DNA from: Macrostomum hystrix
Lineage: Eukaryota; Animalia; Platyhelminthes
Assembly: GCA_950097015.1 (NCBI GenBank)
Contig: CATNEN010000007.1
Location: 12,276,001-12,340,000, forward strand
Length of the DNA stretch: 64,000 nt
Direction: 5' to 3'
How positions within the stretch are numbered: the stretch's first letter is position 1; the number at the start of each line of letters is the position of its first letter. A model generated the notes under the pieces. It worked only from the letters and a program-made list of their open reading frames with translations. It had not been told where the DNA came from and searched no databases. Shown here piece by piece: positions 1-11,200 of the stretch. A program made the position numbers and the translations under genes.

Positions 1-85
1 AGTGTCGAGTTCGCTAGTTCAAAGAAAATAAATATCTGTCATTAACAGAAAGCTCTCCATTTCAGTGGTTTGCCATCACCGCGCC

Positions 86-1411
86 ATGGACAGCGACGAT
101 GGCGACTTCAGCGACATGGATGAGCTGGACTTCGACTCGTCGCCGGAAGACACCAACGTCGAGCTGGAGAACCAGTACTACAATGCCAAGACTCTGAAGG
201 ATGAGAACCCAGAGCTGGCGCTCAAGGAGTACCAGAAGGTCCTGGATCTCGAGGGTCCAGAGAAAGGCGACTGGGGCTTCAAGGCCCTCAAGCAGATGAT
301 GAAGATCAACTTCAGACTCGGCAGATTCGATGAGATGATGCGTCTTTACAAGGAGCTCCTGACCTACATCAAGAAGGCTGTGACGAGGAACTACTCGGAG
401 AAGTCCATCAACTCCATCCTGGACTACGTGAGCACCTCCAAGCAGAGCGACCTGCTGCTTCACTTCTACCACACAACGCTGAACGCGCTGAAGGAGGCCA
501 AGAACGACCGGCTGTGGTTCAAGGCCAACCTCAAGCTGGGCAAGCTCTACCTGGACAATGCGGAGTGGCCGCTGCTCCAGCGTATCATCAAGGAGCTGCG
601 CGGCTCCTGCGAGACCGAGGACGGCGAGCTGGACAGCAAGAAGGGCACCAACCTGCTCGAGATCTTCGCCCTGGAAATCCAGATGTACACCCTGCAGAAG
701 AACAACAAGAAGCTGAAGGACCTGTACAACCAGTCGCTGAACATCAAGTCGGCCATCCCGCACCCGCTGATCATGGGCATCATTCGCGAGTGCGGCGGCA
801 AGATGCACCTGCGCGAGGCCGAGTTCGAGCAGGCGCACACCGACTTCTTCGAGGCCTTCAAGAACTACGACGAGTCTGGCAGCCCGCGCCGCATCCAGTG
901 CCTGAAGTACCTGGTGCTGGCCAGCATGCTGCGCCGCGTTGGCATCAACCCGCTGGACAGTCAGGAGGCCAAGCCTTACCGCAATGACCCGGAAGTCACT
1001 GCCATGACTAGCCTGGTGGCGGCCTACCACGCCAACGATATTCACAGCTTCGAGCAGCTGCTGCGACAGCACAGGGCCGCCATCATGGAGGACCCGTTCA
1101 TCCGGGAACACATCGAGGAGCTGCTGCGAAATGTCCGCACCCAGGTGCTGTGCCGCCTCATCCAGCCGTACACCCGCATTCGCATACCGTTCATCTCCGC
1201 CCAGCTCAACATTGACCAGCCTGAGGTGGAAGCCCTAATCGTGTCCTGCATCCTGGACAACCTCATTGTGGGCAAGATTGACCAGCAGGCTCAGGTGCTG
1301 GTTATTGAGCGGGCCGCTGTGCAGCAGCAGTACCAGACCATGGACAAGCTGGCGAACCAGGTCACTGGCCTGCACAAGGCTGTCATCGCCCGCCTGCCCC
1401 TCAAGCTCTGA
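86..1411 (+). CDS. COPS2: COP9 signalosome subunit 2, intronless
   Basis: Motifs [59 protein letters not shown] and a C-terminal PCI domain. ATG at 86, preceded by acceptor TTTCAG ending at 65. Confidence 0.96.
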   Translation: MDSDDGDFSDMDELDFDSSPEDTNVELENQYYNAKTLKDENPELALKEYQKVLDLEGPEKGDWGFKALKQMMKINFRLGRFDEMMRLYKELLTYIKKAVTRNYSEKSINSILDYVSTSKQSDLLLHFYHTTLNALKEAKNDRLWFKANLKLGKLYLDNAEWPLLQRIIKELRGSCETEDGELDSKKGTNLLEIFALEIQMYTLQKNNKKLKDLYNQSLNIKSAIPHPLIMGIIRECGGKMHLREAEFEQAHTDFFEAFKNYDESGSPRRIQCLKYLVLASMLRRVGINPLDSQEAKPYRNDPEVTAMTSLVAAYHANDIHSFEQLLRQHRAAIMEDPFIREHIEELLRNVRTQVLCRLIQPYTRIRIPFISAQLNIDQPEVEALIVSCILDNLIVGKIDQQAQVLVIERAAVQQQYQTMDKLANQVTGLHKAVIARLPLKL

Positions 1412-1636
1412 CACTGTTGAATCTGTTGCGTGCCCCTCCCGCTCCGCCTGTTTTCCTTCCGCATAGACAAATACATGCTCGAATCCCGGCTTTCTGCTTA
1501 TTCACTATTTAAGCTGGCTTGTGCTTTGATTTCCTAATCATTATTCGCCGAACAACCAATCAAAATGCGGCTAGAGATCAGTGGAAGAGAGCCCATTGGA
1601 CGAGAGCTCATTGGACGAGACGGAATCTAAGTAGGT

Positions 1637-2040
1637 GGGACTGAGCCCTAGCCTGATGAGTTTAAGCCCAAGCCTGATGAGCTGAGCCCTAGCATTGTGA
1701 GATTGAGCCGTAGCCTGATAGGACTAAGCCGTAGCCTGGTGCGATTGAGCCCTAGCCTGATAGGACTAAGCCGTAGCCTGGTGAGATTGAGCCGTAGACA
1801 AGACTGAGTAGTAGCGTGATGGGACTGAGCCCTAGCCTGATGGGACTGCGCCCAAGCCTGGTGGGACTGAGCCCTAGCCTGATGGGACTGAGCCCTAGCC
1901 TGATGGGACTGCGCCCAAGCCTGATGGGACTGAGCCCTAGCCTGATGGGACTGAGCCCTAGCCTGATGGGACTGAGCCCTAGCCTGATGGGACTGAGCCC
2001 TAGCCTGATGGGACTGAGCCCTAGCCTGATGGGACTGAGT
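1637..2040. repeat. 21-bp minisatellite (CTGATGGGACTGAGCCCTAGC)n, degenerate 5' half
   Basis: Visible tandem array between COPS2 and ACY1. Confidence 0.95.
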
Positions 2041-2159
2041 TAGGGTCTCAGATGTGCTTGGTCGCACCAGCCTAGCATTTTAGACTCGTAGGGAAACACA
2101 TGCTGCAGCTGTCTCTCACTGAGGAAATCCTGTAGAGACACCAATCTGCGCACCCGCAG

Positions 2160-4635
2160 TCGTCCCCGCTAGTCCTGACGGAGCCGGAGCGCCAGCGGGC
2201 TGTGGAGAACTTCCGCGCCTACCTGCGCATCAATACAATGCACCCCAAGCCCGACTGCGCAGCCGCTGTCGCCTGGCTGCGGGATCAGGCGGCCCAACTC
2301 GGCCTGGACTGCGAGTGCATCGAGTGCCACCCCGGCCAGCCCGTGCTGCTCATGCGCTGGCCCGGCCGCGAGCCCGGCTTGCCCGGCCTGCTGCTCAACA
2401 GCCACATGGACGTTGTGCCAGTGTTCCCTGAGCACTGGCGCTGCGATCCATTCTCGGCCGACATGGACGAGCAGGGAAATATCTACGCCCGCGGCGCCCA
2501 GGACATGAAGTGTGTGTCTGTGCAGTACCTGGAGGCACTGCGCAAGCTCAAAGCTGCGGGCTTCCAGCCTAGGAGGAATATCTTCCTCAGCTTCATGCCA
2601 GACGAGGAGGTGAGGCCGAGTTTCCCCAAACTCCACTTAAGCAGCTCGTGTACCTTGGCCATGGCGCAGTGTTCAGGCAGGGGTTGATGGTAGCGTTAGA
2701 GAGGGAAAGAGGCGTAGAATAAAACTGCCCACTGGCTGCTATTGCAAGTGCCACAATGCTTCAGAGGCCCGCTGTTATACACTAGATTTCTTGCTCTCAG
2801 TCAGACTATCAGCTTTGGACTGGCACACTGGGAGAGGATTGGGACTGGCACACTGGGAGAGGATTGGGACTGGCACACTGGGAGAGGATGGGACTGGCAC
2901 ACTGGGAGAGGACTGGACTGGCACACTGGGAGAGGATGGGACTGGCACACTGGGAGAGGACTGGACTGGCACACTGGGAGAGGACTGGACTGGCACACTG
3001 GGAGAGGACTGGACTGGCACACTGGGAGAGGATTGGGACTGGCACACTGGGAGAGGATTGGGACTGGCACACTGGGAGAGGATTGGGACTGGCACTCTGG
3101 GAGAGGATGGGAGTGGTACACTGGGAGAGGACTGGACTGGCACACTGTGAGAGGATGGGACTGGCACACTGGGAGAGGATTGGGACTGGCACACTGGGAG
3201 AGGATTGGGACTGGCACTCTGGGAGAGGATGGGAGTGGTACACTGGGAGAGGACTGGACTGGCACACTGTGAGAGGATGGGACTGGCACACTGTGAGAGG
3301 ATGGGACTGGCACACTGGGAGAGGACTGGACTGGCACACTGGGAGAGGACTGGGACTGGCACACTGGGAGAGGATTGGGACTGGCACTCTGGGAGAGGAT
3401 GGGAGTGGTACACTGGGAGAGGATGGGACTGGCACACTGGGAGAGGACTGGACTGGCACACTGGGAGAGGATTGGGACTGGCACACTGGGAGAGGATTGG
3501 GACTGGCACACTGGGAGAGGATTGGGACTGGCACACTGGGAGAGGATTGGGACTGGCACACTGGGAGAGGATTGGGACTGGCACACTGGGAGAGGATTGG
3601 GACTGGCACACTGGGAGAGGATTGGGACTGGCACACTGGGAGAGGATTGGGACTGGCACACTGGGAGAGGATGACAGGTAATTTGAGATAGGATGGGGAT
3701 TGGCGGTGTGCACTGAGTCTAAGTCCTGATTGGTTGTTCTTTGATTGTCTGTCCCCGCCAGGTGACGGGCAAGCTGGGCATGGGCCTGTTCTGCCAGTCG
3801 GACAAGTTCCGCAGCCTCAACATCGGCTGCGCCATGGACGAGGGCCTTGCAAACTCCACCGAGGCCTTCACCGTTTACTACGGCGAGCGCTCCGTCTGGT
3901 GGCTGCGCTTCGACATTCGCGGCCAGCCGGGCCACGGCTCCCGCCTGCTGGAGGACACCGCCGGGGAGAAGGCCGCCAGGCTGATTGAGCGACTCTACCG
4001 GTTCCGGGACAGCCAGGTCAGCTCTGTCGAGCCTCTTCCCAAAGCGGGATTTTAAATCCATTCGTGTATGATAGGGGCTTCATGCTCAGTGCAATGGGAA
4101 AATTCGCCCCACACCGCAGGTGGAGCGGTTGAACCGCGGGCGCGGCATCCGCCTGGGCGAGGTGACCACGCTGAACCTGACCCAGATGAGCGGCGGCGTG
4201 CAGACCAACGTGCTGCCCGAACGGCTGTGCCTGGACGTGGACTGCCGCATCGCTCCGGACGTGGACCTCGTCCACTTCGAGGCGGAGCTGCACCGCTGGT
4301 GCCAGGAGGCCGGGCCCGGCGTCACGCTCGAGTTCACGCAGAAGTTCGACGCCGGCAAGCCGACGGACACCTCCGACCGCAATCCGTGGTGGTCGGCCTT
4401 TGCCGGCGCCTGCCAGCGACTCGGCCTGGACATCGAGCTGGAGATATTCCCGGCCGCCACAGACAGCCGCTACCTGCGCTCCCTCGGCATCAGCGCCATC
4501 GGCTTTTCGCCCATGAACCGAACTCCCATCCTGCTGCACGACCACAACGAGTTCCTCAACAAGGACATCTTCCTGCGCGGCGTGGAGCTGTACACGGCCA
4601 TCATTCCTGACCTAGCCGACTGTACCGCTGTCTGA
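2160..4635 (+). CDS. ACY1: Aminoacylase-1 (M20 peptidase); exons 2160-2609, 3762-4016, 4120-4635; initiator Met not in this exon
   Basis: Motifs FRAYLRI, LLNSHMDVVPV, IYARGAQDMK, PDEE|V, MDEG, GHGS, PAATDSRYLR, LHDHNE. Both introns are GT..AG phase 0; 406 sense codons plus stop. Confidence 0.93.
2817..3672. repeat. 24-25-bp minisatellite (GACTGGCACACTGGGAGAGGATTGG)n in ACY1 intron 1
   Basis: Visible tandem array. Confidence 0.95.
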
Positions 4636-5070
4636 GGCCCACCCCAGCCTGATTTCAGGTGGCATAGCAACAGCATAGCAACCACTGCAGTTCTTGTTTT
4701 ATTTTAGGTTCCTGGCCATTTTTTTATCCATGAGCCCACCACAATGCTATGCGCAACAACAATAAGTATGCAATGTTGTGAATCTAGATTTCAATATTTG
4801 ATTGATTCATTTTTCAAGTCATTTCTAATTTCTAACTTTTGATTGAAGGTGCTCGGTCCAATTCATTATCCCAGTGGTGCACCTGAACCCGTTAATTTTT
4901 AGATCTAATTCTGGCTTGAGTAGCACTGATGATCTTTAAAAAATATACACACGAAAGCATTCTGTTTATCTAGCCTTGTGAATTATATTATTTTATTTTT
5001 TACCTTAGGGATTCTAGGCATTCGTGTAGCCTTTCTAACTCACGATAATAACATCTGATGCACTTGAAGG

Positions 5071-5130
5071 CTGCGTACGGCTACTCAGTCCATGGACTGG
5101 GGCGCCACACCCACCCTTGATAACCCCGCC
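5071..5130 (-). mobile_element. Fragment of the SINE family seen at 16005-16293
   Basis: CGTACGGCT..TCAGTCCATGGACTGG..CGCCACA is shared with about 16077-16135. Confidence 0.55.
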
Positions 5131-5419
5131 GTATCACGATAAGATCAGGTAATTATACGAGTGCAAAATATAATAAATTAGGAATTCAGTCCCGACCCGG
5201 CAAAACCGCTGCGCCATTTGACTGTCGGGACACGGCGGGCGGCCTGTATAGAAAGTACAGCACAGAACGCCTGCCTGGAAAGGGCCATAAAACTCCGCTA
5301 GCCAAGGCTGCACCGAGGCTGAACTGTGGCTGGCAGTTGATGCTCAGATATGCGTTCTGTCCTTGGGTTTCCAGTCTGTTCCCAGTGCAGCCAGCGTGTG
5401 TTATGAACTATATAAGACT

Positions 5420-5570
<151 letters not shown>

Positions 5571-5626
5571 GTGTATTCCACCGATACTCCGCAGCCGCCC
5601 GAATCGCCAAGCAGCAGCCGCTAGCC

Positions 5627-6992
5627 ATGGGCTGCGTGCAGTCCAACAGCGACAGCCTCAGCGCCCAGGCCAGGCGGAAGAGCCGCCAGCTGGACCGGGA
5701 GCGCTACGGCTACGCAGCCGAGGATGAGAAAGAAGGCGACTGGCCCAAGAAGCCGAAGACGAAGCCGCAGCGGGAAGAGTCGCCGCCACCGCAGATGCCG
5801 AAGCCCGAGCAGCCGCCTCATGAAGGGCCGACTCGCCGGGTCCGGGTGGACCGCAGCATCCGGCAGCAGTACGATGTGAAGTGCGTCCTGCACCGCACCG
5901 AGCGCTCGGACGCGATAATCCTGAAGGCGGACGAGAAAGCCACTCGCAAGCCCTACGCCCTCAAAGTGCTGCCGGCTGCCACCGAGGATGGCCGCTTCCG
6001 CACCGAGCTGGAGGCCATTCGGCGGGCCAGGCATCCCAACATCGTCCTCTGCGTGGCGCACATCAAGTCACCCAGCTGCCTCTGCCTGGTGCTGGAGCTG
6101 GCCACCGGCGGCCGGCTGTCCCAGCGGCTGGAGGAGCGGGGCCACATGCCAGAGCCGATGGCCGCCGGCTACTCCGCCCAGCTGCTGGACGGCCTGGCGC
6201 ATCTGCACAGCGTCGGCTGCGCTCACCGTAACATCCGGCTGGAGAACCTGCTGTTCTACCACGTGGGCCCCGACTCGCGAATCATCATCATCGACTTCGC
6301 CTGCGCCCTGCTGCCCGGCGCTGCCGACCACGGTGAGATGCGGTCCCTTATCCCTGACCAGATCCCTACGACTGAATCCCTTTTGCAATGCATGACCAAA
6401 TCCCAACGACCGAATTATTGTCGCTATATTAATGATATTTATGTACTACTTTATAGTACTTTAAGCTGTTCTTAGTATGCTGTGACGAACCTGATGTCCT
6501 GAGCCCCACCCCCTTTCCCCTTTCCCAGATGCCCTCGCGTCTCCAGGCAGCAGCGCTAGCGAAACGCCCGAAGGCTTAGCTGGCATGCCCTGCGGCCAGG
6601 CCTCCGACATATGGGCCGTCGGCCTGGTGACCATCGCCATGCTGACGGGTCGCAGGACCTCCGCAGTTCGCCCTGAGGCGTCGCTGCCCCAGTCAATCTC
6701 CCAGCCGGCACGGCAGTTCCTCGCAGCCTGCCTTCTTCCCGATCCCAAAGACCGGCCGACTGCCGTTGATGCCCGCCGATTCGTCTGGCTGCCGCAGGCG
6801 TCACTGAAGCTCGAGTCGACAACGGCGACAGCGTCAGTATCTCGGCGCTCGGCTTCCAGTGGCTCTGGTTCGCGGCGCGCCGCCTCTCAGTCGGGCTCGT
6901 CAAGCCGCTGTTCATCAAGCCGCCTAGGCGACTGCCAGCTGTCAGAGACCAGCACCGAGCTGCGGTCCAACAGCGATAGCACCTGCAGCTGA
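5627..6992 (+). CDS. PSKH1/PSKH2-like CAMK-group pseudokinase; exons 5627-6332, 6529-6992
   Basis: MGC start, YDVK, RKPYALK, ELATGG and ENLLFYHVGPDSRIII resemble PSKH1. Catalytic loop is HRN and DFG is DFA. A phase-1 intron joins the two ORFs. Confidence 0.8.
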
Positions 6993-7305
6993 CACCGCCC
7001 ACCTGACAACCCTCACTCTGAGCTGACACCGCCCACCTGACAACCCTCACTCTGAGCTGACACCGCCCACCTGACAACCCTCACTCTGAGCTGACACCGC
7101 CCACCTGACAACCCTCTCTCTGAGCTGACACCGCCCACCTGACAATCCTCACTCTGAGCTGACAGCGCCCACCTGACACCTCTCACTCTGAGCTGACACC
7201 GCCCACCTGACAACCCTCTCTCTGAGCTGACACCGCCCACCTGACAACCCTCACTCTGAGCTGACAGCGCCCACCTGACAACCCTCACTCTGAGCTGATA
7301 CCGCC
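6988..7305. repeat. 34-bp minisatellite (GCTGACACCGCCCACCTGACAACCCTCACTCTGA)n starting at the kinase stop codon
   Basis: Visible tandem array, about 9 copies. Confidence 0.95.
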
Positions 7306-7982
7306 AGTTGAAATCTACCGCCTCCCACCCACCATCTCATACCAGTTGGTTGTTGCCAGCCCACAAGTATTGCAGATCACCTGATAGAGAAAGTTTTTCA
7401 GCAAAAGTTCATTAGAAATCGGAGCAACTTATTTATGTTTCCAACCTGATTGTTGAACTGCTATCGCAATATTAGCTGAGCTGTTATTGAATGAGATTTC
7501 TTGGCGGCCCGTGTTTTAATCTGTTCTCGCTTCAATTTTGTCCTCAGCCTTCCTAACTTCTGTTCCCTGGCCTGTATATTAGACGTCGGTCTATTTAGCC
7601 CTCAATTTGAATTTCTGTTGCCAACCCGCTGTTTGGCCTCACTGCGTATTCTTTTTGTAAATTTTGATTTAATGCACCGATTGTTATCACGTGATTTCTA
7701 ACTTCACCTGAAATAATATTCTCAGCCTGCCGTGCTCTCCTTTACAATACCTGTATCGCTATGTAGTAACTATGAATAGGTGTATTTATTATTAATAAGG
7801 TTTTGTATTATTTTGTTCAAATGTTTTATCGCTGACTAATTAAACGGAGACATTTTTACACTTGCTGTGTTTTTGCTTCATATGTTATGGCACTTTTGCT
7901 CCTCAGGTTCGCCTCGCCTACTCAGAATTTGTTGCTCTTAAATTCTTCCGAAAGAAACCCATACCTCTACCAAGTATCTGCC

Positions 7983-8290
7983 CACCTAGCTCTGTACACC
8001 TAGCTCTGTACACCTAGCTCTGTCCACCTAGCTCTGTCCACCTAGCTCTGTACACCTAGCTCTGTCCACCTAGCTCTGTCCACCTAGCTCTGTCCACCTA
8101 GCTCTGTCCACCTAGCTCTGTCCACCTAGCTCTGTCCACCTAGCTCTGTCCACCTAGCTCTGTCCACCTAGCTCTGTCCACCTAGCTCTGTCCACCTAGC
8201 TCTGTCCACCTAGCTCTGTCCACCTAGCTCTGTCCACCTAGCTCTGTCCACCTAGCTCTGTCCACCTAGCTCTGTCCACCTAGCTCTGTC
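7983..8290. repeat. 14-bp minisatellite (CACCTAGCTCTGTC)n
   Basis: Visible array ending 8 nt before the acceptor at 8298. Confidence 0.96.
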
Positions 8291-8298
8291 CGCCACAG

Positions 8299-11200
8299 CC
8301 GCTCCCGCCTTCCATTCTCCAGTCTGCCGTCCGCCTCGTCCAGTCTTCCGTGGGCGCCGGGCTGCACGGCTTCCGGCACGTGCGCTCGGCACGGGTGCCG
8401 ACATTTCGCCTGACCTTGGAGGAGCTGGTGCACGAAGCCACCGGCTGCCGCCTCGTCCACCTGGCACGCGAGGACGCCAACAACGCCTTCGCCATCCAGC
8501 TGCGCACCACGCCCAGCGACAGCACCGGGGCGCCGCACATTCTTGAGCACAGCGTGCTCTGCGGCTCCGCCAAGTTCCCTGTGCGAGACCCGTTCTTCAA
8601 GATGCTGACCCGCAGCCAGGCCACCTTCATGAATGCCATGACTGCGCCTGACTACACCATCTACCCCTGCTCCACCCAGAATCCAACCGACTTCTACAAC
8701 CTGTTCTCTGTCTACCTTGATGCCGTGTTCCATCCGCTGCTCAGCAAGATGGACTTTCTTCAGGTAATTAGCTTTCACCTGCTGCTGTCACTGAATACTT
8801 CTCTTTATCTCTGTTTCTGCTTCTATTAAACCCGTTTCAGCTCCAATTAAACCCAGTTCTGCTCCAATTGAACCCATTTCAGCTCCAATTGAACCCAGTT
8901 CTGCTTCAATTAAACCCAGTTCTGCTCCAATTAAACCCAGTTCTGCTCCAATTAAACCCAGTTCTGCTCCTATTAAACCCAGTTCTGCTCTCATTAAACA
9001 CATTTCTGCTTTCATTTAAGCCATTCTGCTCTCATTTAAATAATTTCTCCTCTCGTTCCTGATACTCCCATAAGCCCATTCCTGCTACTCCCATAAGCCC
9101 GTTCCTGCTACTCCCATAAGCCCATTCCTGCTCGCTCATTTCTATTTCACCTGTCCAATTAGTACTTCTTCCACCCCGCCATGCAGGAGGGCTGGCGCCT
9201 GGAGCCCGCCGACCTGCAGGATCCGCAGTCGCCCGTCACCATCAAGGGCGTGGTCTACAACGAGATGAAGGGCGTGTTCTCCGACCCCGACCAGCTGTTC
9301 TCCTGTTCTGTCCGCCAGAACCTGCTGCCGGCCGGGCCCTACAGGCACAACTTCGCCGGCTACCCCGGCGCCATCCCGGAGCTCGGCCACGACCAGCTGC
9401 GCGAATTCCACAGGCGGCACTACCACCCGTCCAATGCTACCGTGTTCACCTACGGCAGCCTGCCGCTGGCTGAGCACCTGCGCTTCCTGAGCAGCGAGTG
9501 CCTGGCCTGCTTCAGCCGCATCGACTGCTCCGCCACCGCCGTGCCGCTGGAGCCGCGCTGGTCGAAGCCGCGCGCCGGCCGCATGGACGGCCCGCTGAAT
9601 CCCTTCCTGCCGCCTGACAGGCAGGTCACGCAGTCCGAGAGCTTCCTGTTCGGCGATGTGTGCGACGTTCGAAGCAATTTCCATCTGCACTTTGTGTCCT
9701 CGCTGCTGTGCGAAGGTAAAATATTAATTCATTCGGTTACTCTAGAGGCTAGTCCGTTTCTACGTGAGATTCGTCTATTTCCCTTTAAGATACGTTTATT
9801 TTCCAATGAGATTCGTCTATTTCCCGTTGAGATTCGTCTATATCTCTATGAGATTTGTCTGTTTCTCAATAAGATTTTCATTTCTTCGTGAGTTTTTTTA
9901 TGTAGATTTAGATAAGATATTTATGTGTATGGACTTAGATTTCTCATTCAGGTATTTCTATATTTTCCGACAATGCCCTCTCCGTCCCGCTCGGCCAGGC
10001 GACACGTCGCCCTTCTACTCCGGCCTGCTGGAGTCCGGCCTGGGCACGGCCTTCGCCCCGGTGCACGGCTTTAACTCGGACTGCCGCAACACGGCCTTTC
10101 ACATCGGTTTGAAGGGCCTAGCCGAGGAATCCGTTGCCGCCGCCCGTCAGCGTGTTGACGACATCCTGGCTGAGACTGTCCGCTCTGGATTCCGCCAGGA
10201 GAATGTGGACTCCCTGCTGCACCAGGTAGAGCTCGGCCTGCGCGACGAGGGCGCCAACTTCGGCCTGGAGAAGATCCTGGCGCTGGCCGGCCCCGCCAAC
10301 CACGGTGCCGACCTCGCCGACCTGCTGGCCGCCGAAGACCTGCTGGACGAACTGCGGCGCACTTTAGCTGAGCAGCCACGGTACCTCCAGGTGAGGCCTC
10401 TACCTGGCACCCACTTCCTCCACTGGCACTTCGCCTCCTTTACTGGTATTTCCGCCTCCTTTACTGGCACCCCACTTCCTCCACTGGCACTCCGCTTCCT
10501 CCACTGGCACTCCGCTTCCTTTACTGGTATTTCCGCCTCCTTTACTGGCACCCCACTTCCTCCACTGGCACCCCACTTCCTCCACTGGCACCCACTTCCT
10601 CCACTGGCACTTCGCCTCCTTTACTGGTATTTCCGCCTCCTTTACTGGCACCCCACTTCCTCCACTGGCACTCCGCTTCCTCCACTGGCACTCCGCTTCC
10701 TCCACTGGCACTCCGCTTCCTCCACTGGCACCCCACTTCCTCCACTGGCACCCACTTCCTCCACTGGCACTTCGCCTCCTTTACTGGTATTTCCGCCTCC
10801 TTTACTGGCACCCCACTTCCTCCACTGGCACTCCGCTTCCTCCACTGGCACTCCGCTTCCTCCACTGGCACCCCACTTCCTCCACTGGCACCCCACTTCC
10901 TCCACTGGCACTCCGCTTCCTCCACTGGCACTCCGCTTCCTCCACTGGCACCCCACTTCCTCCACTGGCACTCCGCTTCCTCCACTCGCACTCCGCTTCC
11001 TCCACTGGCACTCCGCTTCCTCCACTGGCACTCCGCTTCCTCCACTGGCACCCCACTTCCTCCACTGGCACCCCACTTCCTCCACTGGCACCCCACTTCC
11101 TCCACTGGCACTCCGCTTCCTCCACTGGCACTCCGCTTCCTCCACTGGCACTCCGCTTCCTCAGATTCGATTCTTAAATCCACTCACCTTTTTCAGAGCC

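Noticed and set aside
62-1111. Long antisense ORFs over COPS2, CASC3, AMPK and others
   Set aside because: Shadow frames of GC3-rich coding strands.
1650-1690. CTGATGAG motifs (and CTGACGA..GAAA on the - strand near 43400) as hammerhead ribozyme cores
   Set aside because: No correctly placed stem II and GAAA; better explained as repeat variants or a simple hairpin.
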